Position numbers and translations under genes: made by a program. Positions 17,867 to 26,242 of a stretch of DNA of 36,640 nt are shown here, one piece after another (within the stretch, counting starts at the first letter, position 1; every line of letters begins with the position of its first letter). The stretch comes from a virus (taxonomy: Duplodnaviria; Caudoviricetes). Below the pieces are notes generated by a model. It was not told the DNA's origin and made no database searches. It was given only the letters and a program-made list of their open reading frames with translations. The stretch is from positions 1-36,640 of IMG/VR virus record IMGVR_UViG_3300025015_000347; one strand, written 5' to 3'.

Positions 17867-18308
17867 AGTCTTCGGGGGGCTTTTTCTTTCGGGCTTCCAT
17901 TGCCAGATGGGTGATTTCGAGGGAACGCTCCATGACCCCCCGGGCTTCTGGAGATAGAAGCTGATAGGAACCATCGAGTTGTCGGGATAGATCCAAACCC
18001 TTAGCTCCAGGATGCCTGGCCAAAACCTTTCGTTTCACGCCAACACGTTGCTCGGCGACTTTCCATCCTTGTTGGGCATGGTCCCCAATGACTCGGTCCA
18101 CATGGGCGTCGAACTCGGAGACCCCGGTATTCTGGGGTCCGGGACCAGTCGCCGTTTGATGAAACACCCCACTCACCTGAGAAGGCATAGACCGGGGGGC
18201 TGCCTGCTGACAGTTCGGGCATGGGGAGGGCTTTTCCCGGTTGGCAACTTTCACGGCTTGCTCGAACCTCAACCCGCACACATAACACTGAAATTCGTAA
18301 ACCGGCAT
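17856..18308 (-). CDS. FmdB-like zinc-ribbon protein, 150 aa
   Basis: MPVYEFQCYVCGLRFE...CPNC...RSMPS. Start reassigned to ATG 18308 (SD GGGGA). Confidence 0.85.
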   Translation of the reverse strand: MPVYEFQCYVCGLRFEQAVKVANREKPSPCPNCQQAAPRSMPSQVSGVFHQTATGPGPQNTGVSEFDAHVDRVIGDHAQQGWKVAEQRVGVKRKVLARHPGAKGLDLSRQLDGSYQLLSPEARGVMERSLEITHLAMEARKKKPPEDSAS

Positions 18309-18318
18309 TTGGTGTCCC

Positions 18319-19494
18319 CTAACGAATGATCTCAAAAGCGAAGTCCCGACCGGCATAGAACGGATCAGACACCCATTCCAACCCGAGAGTCTCCATGACC
18401 TGAAGATTCGTTGTAACGTCCCCCACTTGCTCATCTGTGAGTCCAGCAATGACCCTGGACTGGACCAAGGTCACAGGAGACACACTTCGCAACAGAATGG
18501 GCAACGGAACATGAAGTGACCAATCCGTTTGAACAGTCAAGGAGAAGGCTGAGTTATAGAAGTAGTCATCGCCAGTCTCATCAAAGACTTCTTCGGACTC
18601 TCCCCCGAGCGAGAGGTCCGTCATCTCGATACCCTCAGTGGATAACTGAGACCTCAACACTGCCCAAAGATACATGACCGTCTGATCAGCTATTTCCTGC
18701 TGTGCATCGGGATCACGGGCCACCACATCGAAATCCAGGGTCAACTCCCATTTGCCCCCAAATTCCAAAGCAGCCGGACGACGGATCTCCTGAACCACCA
18801 CAGCTAAACGGTCTCCCGTCGCTGCCCGTTGACCAAAGGCTAACACACACCCTGGAATGGCTCGGTTGTCTCCGCGTCCCCGAAAGAACTTATGAGGACC
18901 AGTCGAAGCCGAGGGGTGTCGATAATCTGCTTGCAGAGTTCGGCCCCCAGTCAGAGCCGTTGCCAGATTGATCTCCCCAGTGGGTTTCCCATCGGGACCG
19001 ATTTCCAGAGAGTAGTTGACCCCCTCTTGAAGCATGTATCCGGCAGGCATTTCGTACAACCGCACCGTGCCTGCCAAAGGAGCATTCTGAAGTCGAACGG
19101 TGAAAGAATCCACCACGGTCACTTGTTCATGATACACGTCGAGCAAGGGGTCTACGTAGAACTCGTCATCAGCCGTGATCTCGATGTAATAGATGCCTGG
19201 AGGAGAGGGGAAAGACCCCCCGTTGGCTTGAATGGCCACAGAATCTTCCCGTATCCATTCCAGGGCGATGCCAGGGTATTCCTTGTACCGAGTCAAGAAC
19301 ACGTAGCTGTTCACAATCCCAACATAGTTGTCTGCCGACAAGTCCACTCTGGTGCCTGAACCGGTCTTGACGATGATGCCGTAGGAAGGGCGTTCTCGGA
19401 AACTGTACTTGCCCTGGATGTGATCGACGATGTCCCGATACTTCGGATGTTGGCTCCAATAACGGCGAAGCTCTCCCACGAACCTTCGTTTCAT
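18319..19494 (-). CDS. Putative tail completion/terminator protein (possible non-canonical ATT start at 19518)
   Basis: Long ORF between neck and sheath. Pattern RPSYGIIVKTGSG...WELTLDFDVVARD...EIADQTVMYL...SLTVQTDW fits tail-terminator folds, with an inserted beta domain. Confidence 0.6.
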   Translation of the reverse strand: MKRRFVGELRRYWSQHPKYRDIVDHIQGKYSFRERPSYGIIVKTGSGTRVDLSADNYVGIVNSYVFLTRYKEYPGIALEWIREDSVAIQANGGSFPSPPGIYYIEITADDEFYVDPLLDVYHEQVTVVDSFTVRLQNAPLAGTVRLYEMPAGYMLQEGVNYSLEIGPDGKPTGEINLATALTGGRTLQADYRHPSASTGPHKFFRGRGDNRAIPGCVLAFGQRAATGDRLAVVVQEIRRPAALEFGGKWELTLDFDVVARDPDAQQEIADQTVMYLWAVLRSQLSTEGIEMTDLSLGGESEEVFDETGDDYFYNSAFSLTVQTDWSLHVPLPILLRSVSPVTLVQSRVIAGLTDEQVGDVTTNLQVMETLGLEWVSDPFYAGRDFAFEIIR

Positions 19495-19528
19495 GCTCTG
19501 TGTAAGCTGGAAATAAATGGTTCTACCC

Positions 19529-20029
19529 CTATCTTATCTGAGGGTTCAGGAGTTTGGCCCGACCTTCTGGGGACCGTATCCACTCCCTAAGTTGGTCCTC
19601 TGTAACAGCAAAGGCCGAAGCCAGATGCAACGCCCCAGTTATGGTCCCTTTGATGCGGGTGATGGAAAGAGAATCACTTTCCCCGGTCGTCTGGTCCACA
19701 AAAAAGATAGCCCTTCGCAACGGGTCATCCCCAAGATGAACATCATGACCCTGTTTCTGAGCTTCCAGGATTTTCAGAAGGAATGCCTCCAAGGTGTTTC
19801 CTTCCACCGGAGGAGTGTTTTGCAGGGCAGGGGCTTTCTCCTCTGGGGGAAACACCTCCCCATGTAGAACCAGATAGGCGGCCTTTGCAGGTACCCATTT
19901 GGACCCAACTTGTACTGCCGGATGATAGTGGGACATCTGGAAACTAACGGGCACCATCCGAAACACTGTGGTTTCGACTCGGGCATCGGTTTCCACTTGA
20001 ACAGTGAGAGTAACGGTCCGGGTTTCCAT
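19529..20029 (-). CDS. Hypothetical protein, 166 aa
   Basis: SD GGGGG; fills the operon gap in the same orientation. Confidence 0.6.
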   Translation of the reverse strand: METRTVTLTVQVETDARVETTVFRMVPVSFQMSHYHPAVQVGSKWVPAKAAYLVLHGEVFPPEEKAPALQNTPPVEGNTLEAFLLKILEAQKQGHDVHLGDDPLRRAIFFVDQTTGESDSLSITRIKGTITGALHLASAFAVTEDQLREWIRSPEGRAKLLNPQIR

Positions 20030-20044
20030 CGGGTGCCCCCTGAA

Positions 20045-21046
20045 TCAACCTTGGGCCTGTGCCTGAACCAACATGCCGTAAGCGATGGCATTGAGAGGAT
20101 CTTTGGCCAGCCGAATGCCGGAAATCTCGATGGGGAACCCGGCCTCTCGATGCTTGGCCAACACCCGCTCGAAGACCCCCATGAACCCACCAGCCAAAGC
20201 CGTCCCCCCAGCCACAACCAAGGGGATGGGTCGGGTCAAAGCAAACTGGTTCCCGGCGGCCCGAAACCGAGTGGCCACCTGTTCTAGGGCATAGTCAATG
20301 AGAGCTTCGTAGTAGAACACAATGGCCTGTTCGTTTCGGTCTTTGGGTTGGGTCAGATCAATACCCGCTTCCTTGAGAGCACACATCCGAGCTTTTGTAG
20401 AACCCACGGACTCAGCCGCTCGTTGATCGATCCAGTCCCCGCCACGGGAAATCGAAAATACGATGCCTGGCAGGGTGTTGATCCCCAAAGCCACATTCAC
20501 CATGCCAGATCCCATAGACAAGCACAGCCCCGAGAACTTGTCCTCGGCACACTCGGAGAACACTATACCCATCCCCTCAGTGCTGGCTTCAGGGACATAT
20601 CCCAACTTTCGTAGGATCCCCTCGAAGGTCTTCTGGTGATAGATAACATCCCGGTCAGCATCTATGGGTTGAGCAGGTACTGAGAAGACACAGGGCTCGT
20701 TTTCTACCACGGGCTCTCCCAGAACAGCCCGGATCAGCAAACCTAGAACCTCCAGACTGTCGGTCTCTTTCGAGGAGATCAAACCCGCAGCCAAAGGTCG
20801 GCGTGGCTCCCGCCCAAACACATTAGCTACCTCCAGGGCCGCATCCCCCAAGATCAAGACATCCCGAGCACGTTCCACGAAAGAGGTGTCCGAAATCTTG
20901 AGCATCTTCTTGGCTGAGACGGGCAGATCCAGAAACAGGTCACGCATCCGTTTGGTTTCAACACCTTTATCAGAACGTCGGGCTGCAACCACATTCATAG
21001 TGCCAATATCTAGCCCAACCCCTGCCACATTTTTCTCCTTGGCCAT
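20045..21046 (-). CDS. Actin-fold ATPase (MreB/MamK/ParM superfamily), about 333 aa
   Basis: Phosphate-1 GVGLDIGTMNV, RRPLAAGLI, VFSVPA, connect-1 STEGMG, phosphate-2 LSMGSGMVNV, SRGGDWID, adenosine VVAGGTAL..GF, connect-2 DPLNAIAYG. Confidence 0.9.
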   Translation of the reverse strand: MAKEKNVAGVGLDIGTMNVVAARRSDKGVETKRMRDLFLDLPVSAKKMLKISDTSFVERARDVLILGDAALEVANVFGREPRRPLAAGLISSKETDSLEVLGLLIRAVLGEPVVENEPCVFSVPAQPIDADRDVIYHQKTFEGILRKLGYVPEASTEGMGIVFSECAEDKFSGLCLSMGSGMVNVALGINTLPGIVFSISRGGDWIDQRAAESVGSTKARMCALKEAGIDLTQPKDRNEQAIVFYYEALIDYALEQVATRFRAAGNQFALTRPIPLVVAGGTALAGGFMGVFERVLAKHREAGFPIEISGIRLAKDPLNAIAYGMLVQAQAQG

Positions 21047-21573
21047 CACCCCTCCGTCTTTTTGCCGGTCTTTCGGGCCTTCTTGAGGGCCTTCACGGCG
21101 ATCTCTACTGTACCACCCTCTGCCTTCTGTTCCGAGACGACCACGTCCGCCGCAGGTAAGGCTCCCATCTCAGGGATGAACTGGGGTTCGGAGGAGACCC
21201 TCAATGAAGAACCCCCAGTGATCATCTGAATCAGTTGTTGGAGAGTACCTGTGTCCACCCGAGGCATTCGGGCAGCCACTTTCTCAGCTAAAACATCCAA
21301 ATCGATCTTGGCTTCCACTGGTGGTGGTAATGGGGGTTGCCAAAAGATCGGAGTTGGCTCGGGCCGGATCACATCCACCGGGGGACCAGGAGCACGTTCT
21401 TCCCGGCACCGTCTAACAAACCGAACATCGACTCCGGCTCGTAAACGCATGAGATCTTGGGAAGCCATGACCCTTGTAGCCGGGAGATACACCACATCTC
21501 CTTTTTCCATGACCAGATTCAGATCGTTGATCTGAACTCGTAGGCAGACACACCGGATCTCACCCTCAATCAC
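21046..21573 (-). CDS. Hypothetical protein coupled to the actin-like gene, 175 aa
   Basis: GTG start at 21573 (GTGA overlap with the upstream stop; SD AGGAG). TGATG overlap with the actin gene. Pro-rich linker and basic C-terminal helix (AVKALKKARK). Confidence 0.7.
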   Translation of the reverse strand: MIEGEIRCVCLRVQINDLNLVMEKGDVVYLPATRVMASQDLMRLRAGVDVRFVRRCREERAPGPPVDVIRPEPTPIFWQPPLPPPVEAKIDLDVLAEKVAARMPRVDTGTLQQLIQMITGGSSLRVSSEPQFIPEMGALPAADVVVSEQKAEGGTVEIAVKALKKARKTGKKTEG

Positions 21574-22181
21574 GTCTCTGCTCCTGACATTTGACCCAAC
21601 ACTTCCTGGGTCATCATCTGGACACATTCCTCTCGGGCTTGTCTCATCGCTCGCTCAATGAACGTGTGTTTGGCAATCCCCGGATGAATCCAAGCCTCTT
21701 GAGTTGTCAGTGGGGCCACACGAAAAATCACCTGGCCACCATCTCCCTTCAGAGGGACCACCAAAGGGAGCCTTTTTCCTTCAGACATCCGACCGGTTGC
21801 CTTCATGCCCCGCTTTCGTTCTTCATCGGTCAGGGTGTACTGAGAGGGACTCTTATCCTTGGCTTCCTGTGTCAGCCACACCATTCGCCGTTCGGGGATG
21901 TCGCCACTGACCATCTCGGCAATCCCCCAGAAGGAACAGGTGACCTCAATGGTACTCTTGCCCAAGAGCTTGTACCCGAAAGACTTCCCAATGTCAGGCC
22001 CACCCTTTGGATCCCGGCCAGACCAACCCCGTCTGGCAAAATCCTTACGGGCCTCCCTGGACATGATGCGAACAATACACCGGGCCATCTTCTGAAGAAA
22101 CTTGGGAGAGACCTCGGACCCGGTTTTCTTGCCCCAAGGCCCACCATAACTGCCCCTGACCCTAACCTTGACACTAGACAT
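21570..22181 (-). CDS. HK97-gp10-like neck/tail component, 203 aa
   Basis: C-terminal WIHPGIAKHTFIERAM motif, basic composition, position after the head-closure gene. Confidence 0.6.
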   Translation of the reverse strand: MSSVKVRVRGSYGGPWGKKTGSEVSPKFLQKMARCIVRIMSREARKDFARRGWSGRDPKGGPDIGKSFGYKLLGKSTIEVTCSFWGIAEMVSGDIPERRMVWLTQEAKDKSPSQYTLTDEERKRGMKATGRMSEGKRLPLVVPLKGDGGQVIFRVAPLTTQEAWIHPGIAKHTFIERAMRQAREECVQMMTQEVLGQMSGAET

Positions 22182-22193
22182 TCTGAACCCTGA

Positions 22194-24857
22194 CTATTCG
22201 TTTTGATTCTCCCAAACCGGGGTTCGTCCTCTTTGCTGAACCTCATCTGGCCATCCGGCTTTCTCGGTTTGCATGGGCATCTGATTCTCTGGACCCAGCG
22301 GGTACGGAGCATAACCAGGAGTGCCACCATCTACGGGTATGGACGGTGCGTGTCGGAAGCCATAGCGTGTTTGTGGGATAACCAAGGAATCAACTCCCTC
22401 GATGGGCACCTGATAACGAATGTCCTGCTCATCAAAGTAGGCAATGGTGAAATGCTGTTGCAGAATGTTCCCTCGGTTACTCGGGCGACGAACGGGACCG
22501 ATGGAGTATCTCTCATTGGTCTGTTTGACGATGAAATCCCGTTGGGTGACTAGCGGGCTTGGCCCGGTCCACACCTCATAGGTGTGTTCTTTTCGTCGCC
22601 CAAAAGGAGACTGGGAGATTCGGCGCTCAGCATCGTCGGGAGCAATGGTGATATCGTAAGGGCCTTCGAACCCCCCAACGTATCCGGTACCGTAGCAGTT
22701 GTGTGTAATCACCCCCTGGACAACATAGGTGTGGTTCCCTTCGACCTTTAAGTTATGAACCTTACCTATATAGGGGACACGATAAGTCTTCCGAATCTGA
22801 GTTAGGAGAACGTCCCCAAACACCCAACGACCCTTCCGATTGACATGCTTTGACGCAGGCTCCGCCCAACTCACACAGAAAGCCAATCGTCGTTTATTCC
22901 CTTTGGGGGTCAGGCTTTCAGCCTGTTGCCTGCGGATCAGCGGTTGTTCCCCAACCCGATGCAGCAACTCCGCAATCTGAAGGGCCAACACTTCGGAAGT
23001 CTGCGTGATCTCGTTGTCTGTTTTGGAGCCATCTCCATCCCAAACACCTCGCAAAAGCGCCCATGCTTTCTCTGGGGGCAAGTGCATCAAGTCTTCAGGG
23101 ATACGCTTATTGAAGCACCTGGAACCCAACCAATGGGGAAACCATTCAGCCAATGTGGTGCTCGACACCCTGACATCGACTCCGTTGCCGGGCCTGGTTC
23201 CAATCACAGGATGGTAACCCCATCGCTGGAACAGATCCATTAGTCGATCCTGAATGGTTTTTTCTTCACGGTGGAGGGAAAATCGGAGATCGCGGCTCCC
23301 TTTACTGCCATCCGCCAGATATAAACCCACCATCCAAAGGAAATCTTCATCAACCTCGAAACGGTCAGGACCAAGCCGGGGCATTCCGGGATGAGCGGCT
23401 TTGAGAAACTCGGGGGGGATTCGTACTTCCGTAAGGTTTTGGATCTGCTGATCCCATTGTGCCACAAGCCAGTTCCCTGAAGAAAGACCCTCAGCACCAT
23501 CCCATTGGAGGACATGCCCTGATTCCGCCTCACCTTTTAGGTAAGTCTGGATAGCCTGCTGGGCTGTCGCCTCCGAATCATAAGTCCCAAGCGCCTTTCT
23601 ACCTTGACCCCGGCCCCCATTCACTTGAACCCGTGCCCCCCACCGACCGCTAGGGAGCAACCGGACACTACCCGCTGTATACAACCCATCCCCATCAGAG
23701 ATGTAGGTATTGCACTTCGGACCACAAGGCCGCCGAATTTGCTTCTGATGTGCCCCTTTCAACACCAAGAACGGGTGCTCCGAAGTCGCCAAAATGGGTC
23801 GGGTTGCCACAGAGGGCAGTATAGAAACCAGGTCCCCCCTGAAATCTGATGCAAAAGTCTTGGTCACCTCCCGGAAAGTACCGTCCTGAGTCAAGACCCG
23901 TTCACCAACCCGTACTGACTCAATGGGTTGATACCCGGATTCTGTCCGAACAAGGGTCCCAGGAACAAAACATGTCAAACAACGGTTCGAGGGCTGCCCC
24001 CCAAACTCTTTGATTCTGGCATCCATCCCGCAAGTGCAAGGAACCCCTGCCAACTTTCGGATGAAGTTCTTGACCCGTTCCCCACCCTGTTGAAGGATCC
24101 ATTGGTTCCGCCGAACTGCCTCCCGCCAGATGTAGTCAAGTCGCTCTACCGAAGCCGAAGACAGAGGTTCACAATAGGCTAGATCGGTTTCACGATAGCC
24201 ACTGGGGGTTGTGGCATCTATGACCACCGTGGCCAGTCGGTAGTGGATGGTCGCATCCAGCCCAGACCGGACATGGTTTCGGTTTGCATAGTAGTTGATG
24301 ATCACAGACGCGGTTGCTGTCGGGAGCAGGGCTGGTTCGGATTTCTCTGTGGCCTGGTCGAAGGTAGGCAAATTGATGAGAGTCACCTCACCCCCAGACC
24401 CGAAAACCTCCGAAACCTGAACCAGGATCCCGTTGATATAGACTTCCACATCAACAGGGGAGTTTGCAACCGTGGGTTGTCCATACGGCCCCTGGGGACG
24501 GGCTTTCACGATGGGGTGTTGTGTCCGAAACACCCAACGACGGGTGTTGACCCCATCTCCCTTGGAAAGCCAGGCTGTGTTCCAATCTATTGTTTCCTGA
24601 ACGAGTACGTTGTCTGTACGATCTCGCCAGTAGGTTCCCCCAATGGGGAAGTCGTTGAGTCGGAAATAGGGTCCACGGTCGCTCACATCGGACCGATAGA
24701 CGTTCACCCCAACAACTACGAACCCGGCATTTCGAGCAAGGACAGCAGGATTGTCCCAATGTAGGTCCAACACCCCGATCATAAACGGATTGATGACCGT
24801 CCCATTGGAAGGAGATATCGGTTGATCGGTTGGTCCTGAATCCCATCCGGCGGCCAT
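22194..24857 (-). CDS. Putative head-closure/neck protein with Zn finger, interrupted by an intein (887-aa precursor, about 462 aa spliced)
   Basis: FN3-like N-terminus (LDLHWDNP...GVNVYRS). GGERVKNFIRK..GVPCTC...RCLT/CYGTGYVGG; C-terminal RDFIVK..NERYSI. Neck-module synteny. Confidence 0.7.
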   Translation of the reverse strand: MAAGWDSGPTDQPISPSNGTVINPFMIGVLDLHWDNPAVLARNAGFVVVGVNVYRSDVSDRGPYFRLNDFPIGGTYWRDRTDNVLVQETIDWNTAWLSKGDGVNTRRWVFRTQHPIVKARPQGPYGQPTVANSPVDVEVYINGILVQVSEVFGSGGEVTLINLPTFDQATEKSEPALLPTATASVIINYYANRNHVRSGLDATIHYRLATVVIDATTPSGYRETDLAYCEPLSSASVERLDYIWREAVRRNQWILQQGGERVKNFIRKLAGVPCTCGMDARIKEFGGQPSNRCLTCFVPGTLVRTESGYQPIESVRVGERVLTQDGTFREVTKTFASDFRGDLVSILPSVATRPILATSEHPFLVLKGAHQKQIRRPCGPKCNTYISDGDGLYTAGSVRLLPSGRWGARVQVNGGRGQGRKALGTYDSEATAQQAIQTYLKGEAESGHVLQWDGAEGLSSGNWLVAQWDQQIQNLTEVRIPPEFLKAAHPGMPRLGPDRFEVDEDFLWMVGLYLADGSKGSRDLRFSLHREEKTIQDRLMDLFQRWGYHPVIGTRPGNGVDVRVSSTTLAEWFPHWLGSRCFNKRIPEDLMHLPPEKAWALLRGVWDGDGSKTDNEITQTSEVLALQIAELLHRVGEQPLIRRQQAESLTPKGNKRRLAFCVSWAEPASKHVNRKGRWVFGDVLLTQIRKTYRVPYIGKVHNLKVEGNHTYVVQGVITHNCYGTGYVGGFEGPYDITIAPDDAERRISQSPFGRRKEHTYEVWTGPSPLVTQRDFIVKQTNERYSIGPVRRPSNRGNILQQHFTIAYFDEQDIRYQVPIEGVDSLVIPQTRYGFRHAPSIPVDGGTPGYAPYPLGPENQMPMQTEKAGWPDEVQQRGRTPVWENQNE
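22698..23972 (-). mobile_element. Intein (425 aa) with LAGLIDADG homing endonuclease
   Basis: Block A CFVPGTLVRT, block B TSEHPFL, blocks C and E VGLYLADGS and LRGVWDGDGS, block H SEVLALQIAELL, blocks F/G VHNLKVEGNHTYVVQGVITHN followed by Cys+1. Confidence 0.96.
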
Positions 24858-24868
24858 AAAAGGCTCCT

Positions 24869-25306
24869 CTAGGAAACCGGAAGCTCTTTGCCGTCCGGTC
24901 CTACGAGACCCAGACGAGCAGGCTTCTTGACTCCCTGAACAGGGGCACCCTTCTGTTCCGGGGATGCCAGGAGACGGATCTTGCCATCAATCCCCACCTG
25001 CCATTGTGCCCCGTCTGAGATACCCAGACGTTTCCCGACCACCTGCATGGCCTCATGGGCCTGTCGCTCGAACTCTCCCAGGCGTCCAATCAAACCTGCC
25101 TTCTGGATTTCCAGTTGGCCAATCTGAAGCGTGACCTGGGTGCTCTGTTGCCGCAAGAAGTTGAGTTGTTGAATCTCATTGATTTCCAGGTTCCCGATGA
25201 CATTGGGATCCTCGGGAGGTGCTTCCCCAGCCACTTCAGGCTCGCCCGTGGGAAGCGTTTCAGGAGCCGCATCTTCATTGCCAAGTGTCTTGGTCGTGTC
25301 GTCCAT
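24869..25306 (-). CDS. Hypothetical coiled-coil protein, 145 aa
   Basis: Start reassigned to ATG 25306 (SD GGAGGAG). Heptad segment QVTLQIGQLEIQKAGL. Confidence 0.7.
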   Translation of the reverse strand: MDDTTKTLGNEDAAPETLPTGEPEVAGEAPPEDPNVIGNLEINEIQQLNFLRQQSTQVTLQIGQLEIQKAGLIGRLGEFERQAHEAMQVVGKRLGISDGAQWQVGIDGKIRLLASPEQKGAPVQGVKKPARLGLVGPDGKELPVS

Positions 25307-25343
25307 CTTCGTTTTTTCTCCTCCCCTGACGTAGGGGTGCCTC

Positions 25344-25353
25344 ATTCTACCCT
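25344..25353 (-). promoter_or_regulatory. Promoter-like motif AGGGTAGAAT
   Basis: Recurring intergenic motif upstream of ORF 24869..25306. Confidence 0.5.
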
Positions 25354-25378
25354 TCTTCGGGTCTTTCTGACTGGGGCA

Positions 25379-25969
25379 TCATTCAGCTACCCAATCGGGT
25401 TGATAACCAGGATCCGGAGCAGGGGGTGCCTCTGCTTCCGGCGGAGAGACCTTCAGGCCACCCCCCTTACCCCATCCGAGGAGATGGTGTCGTTTCTCTC
25501 GACGGGCCTTGAGATACAACCATTCCTGGTAGGTCTCATAGACTGGATCCTGTTCATCTGGGGGCTGCGCTGCCCACAGATATTTTTTGGCCTGGTTGTC
25601 CAACTCTTGAAAACGACTCTCGATCAGAGAAGTGCGTATGGCTCGCACCTCCTGAGCAATAGCCTGAACTTCTGGCTCTTTTTGGACCGCCTCTTGTTGG
25701 ATCTGCTGAACCTGTTGGGCTGCCTGATTCACAACCAACTGGACCGAATCCTGTGCATCAACCTCAGTAATCACCGGTACATCCGAAACAGTCACTGATC
25801 CTGGAGTTGCATCAATCATTGGGAGGGGTTTCGAGGACTTGGACGGGTATTCAGACAGAGAGAATCGGACAAACCAGGTTATCCCCCCAAGCAGCCCCAA
25901 ACCAAGGATCAAGAGCAGCCTATCGAGGCAGAAGCCCCTTGATTTCGGTGAGGTTGGTGTTGATGGCAT
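25379..25969 (-). CDS. Membrane-anchored coiled-coil protein, 196 aa
   Basis: ATG 25969 with SD GGAGG. One TM (LLLILGLGLLGGITWFV), then a Gln-rich coiled coil. Overlaps the upstream gene by 50 bp. Confidence 0.65.
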   Translation of the reverse strand: MPSTPTSPKSRGFCLDRLLLILGLGLLGGITWFVRFSLSEYPSKSSKPLPMIDATPGSVTVSDVPVITEVDAQDSVQLVVNQAAQQVQQIQQEAVQKEPEVQAIAQEVRAIRTSLIESRFQELDNQAKKYLWAAQPPDEQDPVYETYQEWLYLKARREKRHHLLGWGKGGGLKVSPPEAEAPPAPDPGYQPDWVAE

Positions 25970-26171
25970 GTATCTGTTCCTCCAGTCGAACAAGGGCCAA
26001 GGCACCCGCTTGAACTGCCGCCTTGACATTTTCAGTAGCAGCCAAGTCCTGTTTCATCTGAGCCATCTCGGTTTTCTGAACAGCCAACCGAACTTCTAAG
26101 CTGATCCCCCATAGAAGCAAGGGGATGACCAACACGGACAGAATCTTGAATAACATGTCCATGAGTTTCAT
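25920..26171 (-). CDS. Holin-like / XhlA-like small membrane protein, 83 aa
   Basis: One N-terminal TM (ILSVLVIPLLLWGI), coiled-coil C-terminus, M-K-L-M start, SD GGAGG, first gene after the 18-mer promoter motif. Confidence 0.55.
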   Translation of the reverse strand: MKLMDMLFKILSVLVIPLLLWGISLEVRLAVQKTEMAQMKQDLAATENVKAAVQAGALALVRLEEQIHAINTNLTEIKGLLPR

Positions 26172-26186
26172 GACCGACCCCTCCCC

Positions 26187-26215
26187 CCTTCAAGGATTAT
26201 AGACGAATTCAGCGA
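26187..26215 (-). promoter_or_regulatory. Putative late promoter TCGCT-N6-GTCTATAATCCTTGAAGG
   Basis: 18-mer identical to 5133-5150; both copies are preceded by TCGCT. Confidence 0.7.
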
Positions 26216-26242
26216 AGGGGTCGGGACTGGCTGGGCAGGAGA

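Noticed and set aside
1-24857. Bacterial eCIS, tailocin or T6SS locus rather than a phage
   Set aside because: Head-tail adaptor/neck genes, decoration-like genes, thyX, RNA ligase, a homing endonuclease and an intein indicate a true phage.
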